A stretch of 19,682 nucleotides of DNA from Azolla caroliniana (lineage: Eukaryota > Plantae > Polypodiophyta): positions 1 through 19,682 of the forward strand of contig JBHGNT010000593.1 of NCBI GenBank assembly GCA_043228905.1, given 5' to 3'. The position numbers and the translations under genes are program-made. The notes beneath the pieces are model-generated. The model ran no database searches and was not told the DNA's origin. It was given only the letters and a program-made list of their open reading frames with translations. Shown here piece by piece: positions 8,901 through 19,682 of this stretch (its first letter is position 1; each line of letters opens with the position of its first letter).

Positions 8901-10933
8901 AATCCGATATCACAGGAGCCAGGTATGACCATTTTAATTTACTCAGGGACTCTTCTCAAGTCCCTCCTGAATTTTTCTAATTTCTTCATGTCTCTCTACC
9001 TGAGTTTCGAAATCTTGATTTTTTAATTCTGTACCATAGCTAGCGTTGTTAGCTTCGATTCGGATGTTTGAACACAAAAAGCCGATATCACAGGAGCCAG
9101 GTATGACCATTTTAATTTACTCAGGGACTCTTCTCAAGTCCCTCCTCAATTTTGCTAATTACGTCATGTCTCTCGACCTGAGTTTCAAAATCTTGAGTTT
9201 TTAATTGTGTAGCATATCTAGCGTTGTTAGCTTCTATTCGCATGTTTAAACACAAAAATCCGATATCACAGGAGCCAGGTATGACCATTTTAATTTACTC
9301 ACGGGCTCTTCTCAAGGCCCTCCTCAATTTTGCTAATTTCTTCATGTCTCTCGACCTGAGTTTAAAAATCTTAATTTTTTAATTGTATAGCACAGCTAGC
9401 GTTGTTAGCTTCGATTCGGATGTTTGAACACAATAATCCGATATCACAGGAGCCAGGTATGACCATTTTAATTTACTCACAGGCTCTTCTCAAGTCCCTC
9501 CTCAATTTTGCTAATTTCGTCATGTCTCTCGACCTGAGTTTGAAAATCTTGATTTTTTAATGGTGTAGCATAGCTATCGTTGTTAGCTTCGATTCGCATA
9601 TTTTAACACAAAAATCCGATATCACAGGAGCCAGGTATGACCATTTTAATTTAGTCACGGGCTCTTCTCAAGTCCCTCCTCAATTTTGCTAATTTCGTCA
9701 TGTCTCTCGACCTGAGTTTCAAAATCTTGATTTTTTGATTCCATATCATAGCTAGCGTTGTTAGCTTCGACTCGCATGTTTGAACACAAAAATCCGATAT
9801 CACAGGAGCCAGGTATGACCATTTTAATTTACTCACGGGCTCTTCACAAGTCCCTCGTCAATTTTGCTAAATTCTTCACGTACCTCTACCTGAGTTTCAA
9901 AATATTAATTTTTTAATTCTGTAGCATAACTAGCGTTGATAACTTCGATTCGGATGTTTGAACACAAAAAGCCGATATCACAGGAGCCAGGTATGACCAT
10001 TTTAATTTACTCACGGGCTCTTCTCAAGTCCCTCCTCAATTTTGCTAATTTCTTCATGTCTCTCGACCTGAGTTTAAAAATCTTAATTTTTTAATTGTGT
10101 AGCACAGCTAGCGTTGTTAGCTTCGACTCGCATGTTTGAACACAAAAATCCGATATCACAGGGGCCAGGTATGACCATTTTAATTTACTCACGGGCTCTT
10201 CACAAGTCCCTCCTCAATTTTGCTAAATTCTTCATGTCTCTCTACCTGAGTTTCAAAATCTTGATTTTTTAATTGTGTAGCATAGCTAGCGTTGTTAGCT
10301 TCGATTCGGATGTTTGAACACAAAAAGCCGATATCACAGGAGCCAGGTATGACCATTTTAATTTACTCACGGGCTCTTCTCAAGTCCCTCCTCAATTTTG
10401 CTAATTTCTTCATGTCTCTCGACCTGAGTTTAAAAATCTTAATTTTTTAATTGTGTAGCACAGCTAGCGTTGTTAGCTTCGACTCGCATGTTTGAACACA
10501 AAAATCCGATATCACAGGAGCCAGGTATGACCATTTTAATTTACTCACGGGCTCTTCACAAGTCCCTCCTCAATTTTGCTAAATTCTTCATGTCTCTCTA
10601 CCTGAGTTTCAAAATCTTGATTTTTTAATTCTGTAGCATAGCTAGCGTTGTTAGCTTCGATTCGGATGTTTGAACACAAAAATCCGATATCACAGGAGCC
10701 AGGTATGACCATTTTAATTTACTCACGGACTCTTCTCAAGTCCCTCCTCAATTTTGCTACTTTCTTCATGTCTGTCTACCTGAGTTTCAAAATCTTGATT
10801 TTTTAATTGTGTAGCGTAGCTAGCGTTGTTAGCTTCGATTCGCATGTTTAAACACAAAAATCCGATATCAGAGGAGCCAGGTATGACCATTTTAATTTAC
10901 TCACGGGCTCTTCTCAAGTCCCTCCTCAATTTT
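8901..10933. repeat. 14-monomer higher-order repeat, copy 3, partial (H through D plus start of E)
   Basis: H-I-J-K-L-M-A-B-A-B2-D occur in order. The next monomer (10859) begins with the E marker cagagg but lacks ttttct/tttcgaa. Confidence 0.85.
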
Positions 10934-13900
10934 GCTAATTTCGTCATGTCTCTCGACCTGAGTTTCAAAATCTTCATTTTTTAATTGTGTAGCACAGCTA
11001 GCGTTGTTAGCTTCGACTCGCATGTTTTAACACAGAAATCCGATATCAGAGGACCCAGGTATGACCATTTTAATTTACTCACGGACTCTTCTCAAGTTCC
11101 TCCTCAATTTTGCTAATTTCTTCATGTCTCTCGACCTGAGTTTCAAAATCTTGATTTTTTAATTGTGTAGCACAGCTAGCGTTGTTAGCTTCGACTCGCA
11201 TGTTTGAAGACAAAAATCCGATATCACAGGAGCCAGGTATGACCATTTTAATTTACTCACGGGCTCTTCACAAGTCCCTCCTCAATTTTGCTAAATTCTT
11301 CATGTCTCTCTACCTGAGTTTCAAAATCTTGATTTTTTAATTGTGTAGCATAGCTAGCGTTGTTAGCTTCGATTCGCATGTTTTAACACAAAAATCCGAT
11401 ATCATAGGAGCCAGGTATGACCATTTTAATTTACTCACGGGCTCTTCTCAAGTCCCTCCTCAATTTTGCTAATTTCTTCATGTCTCTCTACTTGAGTTTC
11501 GTAATCTTTATTTTGTAATTGTGTATCATAGCTAGCGTTGTTAGCTTCGATTTGCATGGTTGAACACAAAAATCCGATATCACAGGAGCCAGGTATGACC
11601 ATTTTAATTTACTCACGGGCTCTTCTCAAGTCCCTCCTCAATTTTGCTAATTTCTTCATGTCTCTCTACCTGAGTTTCGAAATCTTGATTTTTTAATTCT
11701 GTAACACAGCTAGCGTTGTTAGCTTCGATTCGCATGTTTTAATACAAAAATCCGATATCACAGGAGCCAGGTATGACCATTTTAATTTACTCACGGGCTC
11801 TTCACAAGTCCCTCCTCAATTTTGCTAAATTCTTCATGTCTCTCTACCTGAGTTTCAAAATCTTGATTTTTTAATTCTGTAGCATAGCTAGCGTTGTTAG
11901 CTTCGATTCGGATGTTTGAACACAAAAAGCCGATATCACAGGAGCCAGGTATGACCATTTTAATTTACTCACGGACTCTTGTCAAGTCCCTCCTCAATTT
12001 TGCTAATTTCGTCATGTCTCTCGATCTGAGTTTCAAAATCTTGATTTTTTAATTGTGTAGCATAGCTAGCGTTGTTAGCTTCGATTCGGAAGTTTGAACA
12101 CAAAAATCCGATATTAGAGGAGCCAGGTATGACCATTTTAATTTACTCACGGGCTCTTCTCAAGTCCCTCCTCAATTTTGCTACTTTCTTCATGTCTGTC
12201 TACCTGAGTTTCAAAATCTTGATTTTTTAATTGTGTAGCATAGCTAGCGTTATTAGGTTCGATTCGCATGTTTTAACACAAAAATCCGATATCAGAGGAG
12301 CTAGGTATGACCATTTTAATTTACTCACGGGCTCTTCTCAAGTCCCTCCTCAATTTTGCTAATTTCTTCATCTCTCTCTACCTGAGTTTCATAATCTTCA
12401 TTTTTTAATTGTGTATCATAGCTAGCGTTGTTAGCTTCGATTCGCATGGTTGAACACAAAAATCCGATATCACAGGAGCCAGGTATGACCATTTTAATTT
12501 ACTCACGGGCTTTTCTCAAGTCCCTCCTCAATTTTTCTAATTTCTTCATGTCTCTCTACCTGAGTTTCAAAATCTTGATTTTTTAATTGTGTAACAGACC
12601 TAGCGTTGTTAGCTTCGATTCGCATGTTTTAACACAAAAATCCGATATCACAGGAGCCAGGTATGACCATTTTAATTTACTCACGGGCTCTTCACAAGTC
12701 CCTCCTCAATTTTGCTAAATTCTTCATGTCTCTCTACCTGAGTTTCAAAATCTTGATTTTTTAATTCTGTAGCATAGCTAGCGTTGTTAGCTTCGATTCG
12801 GATGTTTGAACACAAAAAGCCGATATCACAGGAGCCAGGTATGACCATTTTAATTTACTCACGGACTCTTCTCAAGTCCCTCCTCAATTTTGCTAATTTC
12901 GTCATGTCTCTCGACCTGAGTTTCAAAATCTTGAGTTTTTAATTGTATAGCATAGCTAGCGTTGTTAGCTTCGATTCGGAAGTTTGAACACAAAAGTCCG
13001 ATATCAGAGGAGCCAGGTATGACCATTTGAATTTACTAACGGGCTCTTCTCAAGTCCCTCCTCAATTTTGCTACTTTCTTCATGTCTGTCTACCTGAGTT
13101 TCAAAATCTTGATTTTTTAATTGTGTAGCATAGCTAGCGTTGTTAGCTTCGACTCGCATGTTTGAACACAAAAATCCGATATCACAGGAGCCAGGTATGA
13201 CCATTTTAATTTACTCACGGGCTCTTAACAAGTCCCTCCTCAATTTTGCTAAATTCTTCATGTCTCTCTACCTGAGTTTCAAAATCTTGATTTTTTAATT
13301 GTGTAGCATAGCTAGCGTTGTTAGCTTCGATTCGGATGTTTGAACACAAAAAGCCGATATCAGAGGAGCTAGGTATGACCATTTTAATTTACTCACGGGC
13401 TCTTCTCAAGTCCCTCCTCAATTTTGGTACTTTCTTCATCTCTGTCTACCTGAGTTTCAAAATCTTGATTTTTTAATTGTGTAGCATAGCTAGCGTTGTT
13501 AGGTTCGATTCGCATGTTTGAACACAAAAAGCCGATATCACAGGAGCCAGGTATGACCATTTTAATTTACTCACGGACTCTTCTCAAGTCCCTCCTCAAT
13601 TTTGCTAATTTCGTCATGTCTCTCGACCTGAGTTTCAAAATCTTGAGTTTTTAATTGTGTAGCATAGCTAGCGTTGTTAGCTTCGATTCGCATGTTTAAA
13701 CACAAAAATCCGATATCACAGGAGCCAGGTATGACCATTTTAATTTACTCACGGGCTCTTCTCAAGTCCCTCCTCAATTTTGCTAATTTCTTCATGTCTC
13801 TCGACCTGAGTTTCAAAATCTTAATTTTTTAATTGTGTAGCACAGCTAGCGTTGTTAGCTTCGACTCGCATGTTTGAACACAAAAATCCGATATCACAGG

Positions 13901-16900
13901 AGCCAGGTATGACCATTTTAATTGACTAACGGGCTCTTCACAAGTCCCTCCTCAATTTTGCTAAATTCTTCATGTCTCTCTACCTGAGTTTCAAAATCTT
14001 GATTTTTTAATACTGTAGCATAGCTAGCGTTGTTAGCTTCGATTCAGATGTTTGAACACAAAAATCCGATATCACAGGAGCCAGGTATGACCATTTTAAT
14101 TTACTCACGGACTCTTCTCAAGTCCCTCCTCAATTTTTCTACTTTCTTCATGTCTGTCTACCTGAGTTTCAAAATCTTGATTTTTTAATTGTGTATCATA
14201 GCTAGCGTTGTTAGCTTCGATTTGCATGGTTGAACACAAATATCCGATATCACAGGAGCCAGGTATGACCATTTTAATTTACTCACGGGCTCTTCTCAAG
14301 TCCCTCCTCAATTTTGCTAAATTCTTCATGTCTCTCTACCTGAGTTTCAAAATTTTGATTTTTTAATTGTGTAGCACAGCTAGCGTTGTTAGCTTCGACT
14401 CGCATGTTTCAACACAAAAATCCGATATCACAGGAGCCAGGTATGACCATTTTAATTTACTCACGGGCTCTTCTCAAGTCCCTCCTCAATTTTGCTAATT
14501 TCTTCATGTCTCTCTACCTGAGTTTCGTAATCTTTATTTTTTAATTGTGTATCATAGCTAGCGTTGTTAGCATCGATTCGGATGTTTGAACACAAAAATC
14601 CGATATCAGAGGAGCTAGGTATGACCATTTTAATTTACTCACGGGCTCTTCTCAAGTCCCTCCTCAATTTTTCTAATTTCTTCATGTCTCTCTACCTGAG
14701 TTTAAAAATCTTAATTTTTTAATTGTGTAGCACAGCTAGCGTTGTTAGCTTCGACTCGCATGTTTGAACACAAAAATCCGATATCACAGGAGCCAGGTAT
14801 GACCATTTTAATTTACTCACGGGCTCTTAACAAGTCCCTCCTCAATTTTGCTAAATTCTTCATGTCTCTCTACCTGAGTTTCAAAATCTTGATTTTTTAA
14901 TTGTGTAGCATAGCTAGCGTTGTTAGGTTCGATTCGCATGTTTGAACACAAAAAGCCGATATCACAGGAGCCCGGTATGACCATTTTAATTTACTCACGG
15001 ACTCTTCTCAAGTCCCTCCTCAATTTTGCTAATTTCGTCATGTCTCTCGACCTGAGTTTCAAAATCTTGAGTTTTTAATTGTGTAGCATAGCTAGCGTTG
15101 TTAGCTTCGATTCGCATGTTTAAACACAAAAATCCGATATCACAGGAGCCAGGTATGACCATTTTAATTTACTCACGGGCTCTTCTCAAGTCCCTCCTCA
15201 ATTTTACTAATTTCTTCATGTCTCTCGACCTGAGTTTCAAAATCTTAATTTTTTAATTGTGTAGCACAGCTAGCGTTGTTAGCTTCGACTCGCATGTTTG
15301 AACACAAAAATCCGATATCACAGGAGCCAGGTATGACCATTTTCATTGACTGACGGGCTCTTCACAAGTCCCTCCTCAATTTTGCTAAATTCTTCATGTC
15401 TCTCTACCTGAGTTTCAAAATCTTGATTTTTTAATACTATAGCATAGCTAGCGTTGTTAGCTTCGATTCGGATGTTTGAACACAAAAATCCGATATCACA
15501 GGAGCCAGGTATGACCATTTTAATTTACTCACGGACTCTTCTCAAGTCCCTCCTCAATTTTTCTACTTTCTTCATGTCTGTCTACCTGAGTTTCAAAATC
15601 TTGATTTTTTAATTTTGTATCATAGCTAGCGTTGTTAGCTTCGATTCGCATGGTTGAACACAAAAATCCGATATCACAGGAGCCAGGTATGACCATTTTA
15701 ATTTACTCACGGGCTCTTCTCAAGTCCCTCCTCAATTTTGCTAAATTCTTCATGTCTCTCTACCTGAGTTTCAAAATCTTGATTTTTTAATTGTGTAGCA
15801 CAGCTAGCGTTGTTAGCTTCGACTCGAATGTTTGAACACAAAAATCCGATATCACAGGAGCCAGGTATGACCATTTTAATTTACTCACGGGCTCTTCTCA
15901 AGTCCCTCCTCAATTTTGCTAATTTCTTCATCTCTCTCTACCTGAGTTTCATAATCTTGTTTTTTTAATTGTGTATCATAGCTAGCGTTGTTAGCTTCGA
16001 TTCGCATGGTTGAACACAAAAATCCGATATCACAGGAGCCAGGTATGACCATTTTAATTTACTCACGGGCTTTTCTCAAGTCCCTCCTGAATTTTTCTAA
16101 TTTCTTCATGTCTGTCTACCTGAGTTTCCAAATCTTGATTTTTTAATTCTGTACCATAGCTAGCGTTGTTAGCTTCGATTCGGATGTTTGAACACAGAAA
16201 ACCGATATCACAGGAGCCAGGTATGACCATTTTAATTTACTCAGGGACTCTTCTCAAGTCCCTCCTCAATTTTGCTAATTACGTCATGTCTCTCGACCTG
16301 AGTTTCAAAATCTTGAGTTTTTAATTGTGTAGCATATCTAGCGTTGTTAGCTTCTATTCGCATGTTTAAACACAAAAATCCGATATCACAGGAGCCAGGT
16401 ATGACCATTTTAATTTACTCACGGGCTCTTCTCAAGGCCCTCCTCAATTTTGCTAATTTCTTCATGTCTCTCTACCTGAGTTTAAAAATCTTAATTTTTT
16501 AATTGTGTAGCACAGCTAGCGTTGTTAGCTTCGACTCGCATGTTTGAACACAAAAATCCGATATCACAGGTGCCAGGTATGACCATTTTAATTTACTCAC
16601 GGGCTCTTAACAAGTCCCTCCTCAATTTTGCTAAATTCTTCATGTCTCTCTACCTGAGTTTCAAAATCTTGATTTTTTAATTGTGTAGCATAGCTAGCGT
16701 TGTTAGCTTCGATTCGGATGTTTGAACACAAAAATCCGATATCAGAGGAGCCAGGTATGACCATTTTAATTTACTCACGGGCTCTTCTCAAGTCCCTCCT
16801 CAATTTTGGTACTTTCTTCATGTCTGTCTACCTGAGTTTCAAAATCTTGATTTTTTAATTGTGTAGCGTAGCTAGCGTTGTTGGCTTCGATTCGCATGGT

Positions 16901-19682
16901 TGAACACAAAAATCCGATATCACAGGAGCCAGGTATGACCATTTTAATTTACTCACGGGCTCTTCTCAAGTCCCTCCTGAATTTTGCTAATTTCGTCATG
17001 TCTCTCTACCTGAGTTTCAAAATCTTGATTTTTTAATTGTGTAGCTTAGCTAGCGTTGTTAGGTTCGATTCGCATGTTTTAACACAAAAATCCGATATCA
17101 CAGGAGCCAGGTATGACCATTTTAATTTACTCACGGGCTCTTCACAAGTCCCTCCTCAATTTTGCTAATTTCTTCATGTCTCTCTACCTGAGTTTCAAAA
17201 TCTTGATTTTTTAATTGTGTAGCATACCTAGCGTTGTTAGCTTCGATTCGGATGTTTGAACACAAAAAGCCGATATCACAGGAGCCAGGTATGACCATTT
17301 TAATTTACTCACGGGCTCTTATCAAGTCCCTCCTCAATTTTGCTAACTTCGTCATGTCTCTCGACCTGAGTTTCAAAATCTTGAGTTTTTAATTGTATAG
17401 CATAGCTAGCGTTGTTAGCTTCGATTCGGAAGTTTGAACACAAAAGTCCGATATCAGAGGAGCCAGGTATGACCATTTTAATTTACTCACGGGCTCTTCT
17501 CAAGTCCCTCCTCAATTTTGCTACTTTCTTCATGTCTGTCTACCTGAGTTTCAAAATCTTGATTTTTTAATTGTGTAGCATAGCTAGCGTTGTTAGGTTC
17601 GATTCGCATGTTTTGACACAAAAATCCGATATCAGAGGAGCTAGGTATGACCATTTTAATTTACTCACGGGCTCTTCTCAAGTCCCTCCTCAATTTTGCT
17701 AATTTCTTCATGTCTCTCTACCTGAGTTTCAAAATCTTGATTTTTTAATTGTGTAGCATAGCTAGCGTTGTTAGCTTCGATTCGGATGTTTGAACACAAA
17801 AAGCCGATATCACAGGAGCCAGGTATGACCATTTTAATTTACTCACGGGCTCTTCTCAAGTCCCTCCTCAATTTTGCTACTCTCTTCATGTCTGTCTACC
17901 TGAGTTTCAAAATCTTGATTTTTTAATTGTGTAGCATAGCTAGCGTTGTTAGGTTCGATTCGTATGTTTTAACACAAAAATCCGATATTAGAGGAGCTAG
18001 GTATGACCATTTTAATTTACTCACGGACTCTTCTCAAGTCCCTCCTCAATTTTGCTAATTTCTTCATCTCTCTCTACCTGAGTTTCATAATCTTGATTTT
18101 TTAATTGTGTATCATAGCTAGCGTTGTTAGCTTCGATTCGCATGGTTGAACACAAAAATCCGATATCACAGGAGCCAGGTATGACCATTTTAATTTACTC
18201 ACGGGCTCTTCTCAAGTCCCTCCTGAATTTTGCTAATTTCGTCATGTCTCTCTACCTGAGTTTCAAAATCTTGATTTTTTAATTGTGTAGCATAGCTAGC
18301 GTTGTTAGCTTCGATTCGCATGTTTTAACACAAATATCCGATATCACAGGAGCCAGGTATGACCATTTTAATTTACTCACGGGCTCTTCTCAAGTCCCTC
18401 CTCAATTTTGGTACTTTCTTCATGTCTGTCTACCTGAGTTTCAAAATCTTGATTTTTTAATTGTGTAGCGTAGCTAGCGTTGTTAGCTTCGATTCGCATG
18501 GTTGAACACAAAAATCAGATATCACAGGAGCCAGGTATGACCATTTTAATTTACTCACGGGCTCTTCTCAAGTCCCTCCTGAATTTTGCTAATTTCGTCA
18601 TGTCTCTCTACCTGAGTTTCAAAATCTTGATTTTTTAATTGTGTAGCATAGCTAGCGTTGTTAGCTTCGATTCGCATGTTTTAACACAAATATCCGATAT
18701 CACAGGAGCCAGGTATGACCATTTTAATTTACTCACGGGCTCTTCTCAAGTCCCTCCTCAATTTTGCTAATTTCTTCATGTCTCTCTACCTGAGTTTCGT
18801 AATCTTTATTTTTTAATTGTGTATCATAGCTAGCGTTGTTAGCATCGATTCGGATGTTTGAACACAAAAATCCGATATCAGAGGAGCTAGGTATGACCAT
18901 TTTAATTTACTCACGGGCTCTTCTCAAGTCCCTCCTCAATTTTTCTAAATTCTTCATGTCTCTCTACCTGAGTTTCAAAATCTTGATTTTTTAATTGTGT
19001 AGCATGGCTAGCGTTGTTAGCTTCGATTCCGATGTTTGAACACAAAAAGCCGATATCACAGGAGCCAGGTATGACCATTTTAATTTACTCACGGACTCTT
19101 CTCAAGTCCCTCCTCAATTTTGCTAATTTCGTCATGTCTCTCGACCTGAGTTTCAAAATCTTGAGTTTTTAATTGTGTAGCATAGCTAGCGTTGTTAGCT
19201 TCGATTCGCATGTTTAAACACAAAAATCCGATATCACAGGAGCCAGGTATGACCATTTTAATTTACTCACGGGCTCTTCTCAAGTCCCTCCTCAATTTTG
19301 CTAATTTCTTCATGTCTCTCGACCTGAGTTTAAAAATCTTAAGTTTTTAATTGTGTAGCACAGCTAGCGTTGTTAGCTTCGACTCGCATGTTTGAACACA
19401 AAAATCGGATATCACAGGAGCCAGGTATGACCATTTTAATTTACTCACGGGCTCTTCACAAGTCCCTCCTCAATTTTGGTAAATTCTTCATGTCTCTCTA
19501 CCTGAGTTTCAAAATCTTGATTTTTTAATACTGTAGCATAGCTAGCGTTGTTAGCTTCGATTTGGATGTTTGAACACAAAAATCCGATATCACAGGAGCG
19601 AGGTATGACCATTTTAATTTACTCACGGACTCTTCTCAAGTCCCTCCTCAATTTTTCTACTTTCTTCATGTCTTTCTACCTG
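10934..19682. repeat. Heterogeneous satellite domain with decayed/mosaic higher-order structure
   Basis: Same 178-bp monomer and phase, but with many more private SNPs and a different marker set (ggagctagg, ttaggttc, cggaagt, cttaaca, taatact, gcatggttg). Only short blocks of monomers recur. Confidence 0.85.

Larger units (their letters stand above)
1..19682. repeat. Tandem satellite DNA array, 178-bp monomer, ~110.6 head-to-tail copies (centromeric/pericentromeric-type satellite; family not identified)
   Basis: The motif (a/t)a(t/g)ccgatat recurs at 1, 1781, 3561, 5341, 7121, 8901, 10681, 12461, 14241, 16021, 17801 and 19581, all equal to 1+178k. Copies differ only by scattered substitutions, and no non-repeat sequence is present. 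The centromeric association is inferred only from monomer length and HOR organisation. Confidence 0.99.

Noticed and set aside
217-9836. Five near-identical 61-63 aa minus-strand ORFs (217-408, 1997-2182, 4489-4674, 5913-6098, 9651-9836)
   Set aside because: Each is about one monomer long and appears only where L-type SNPs remove stop codons. 178 is not a multiple of 3, three copies have no ATG at the annotated start any more than the others do, and I recognise no domain. They simply mark the HOR period.
13004-15518. Two 66-aa minus-strand ORFs (13004-13204, 15318-15518)
   Set aside because: Chance read-through where private SNPs (atttgaa, ttttcatt) destroy a TAA. There is no gene context.
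18283-18468. 61-aa plus-strand ORF
   Set aside because: A translation of satellite sequence with a non-ATG start and no coding features.
947-18948. Recombination hotspot in the pyrimidine tract (monomer positions 50-80), where several chimera breakpoints fall
   Set aside because: There are too few events, breakpoint intervals are wide because markers are sparse there, and other chimeras (5163, 14775) break elsewhere.
1-19680. Embedded transposon, inversion or telomeric repeat
   Set aside because: Phase and orientation are unbroken throughout, leaving no room for an insertion.
1-19682. CRISPR array or other repeat-spacer system
   Set aside because: There are no unique spacers: the whole 178 bp is repeated. 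No cas genes or leader are present.

Overview
The whole 19,682-bp window is one head-to-tail tandem satellite array. It has about 110.6 copies of a 178-bp monomer (about 38% GC, hand count of the consensus), all in one orientation. I see no genes, RNA genes, CRISPR array or transposon insertion. Consensus (monomer n starts at 1+178*(n-1)): aatccgatatcacaggagccaggtatgaccattttaatttactcacgggctcttctcaagtccctcctcaattttgctaatttcttcatgtctctctacctgagtttcaaaatcttgattttttaattgtgtagcatagctagcgttgttagcttcgattcggatgtttgaacacaaa. The monomer length and organisation resemble eukaryotic centromeric or pericentromeric satellite DNA, but I cannot name the family or host. Diagnostic SNPs define a homogeneous domain (about 713-10933) built on a 14-monomer (2,492-bp) higher-order repeat (HOR). 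That domain includes 8-mer and 7-mer structural variants, chimeric junction monomers and a 22-mer super-duplication. It is flanked on both sides by more heterogeneous monomers with decayed 5-, 8- and 2-mer periodicities. No net indel is seen across 110 monomers. The listed ORFs are by-products of the repeat. I found no new protein-coding system, so the interest lies in the array architecture. All monomer typing was done by eye, and the letter names (A-M, Y, C, X) are my own labels.
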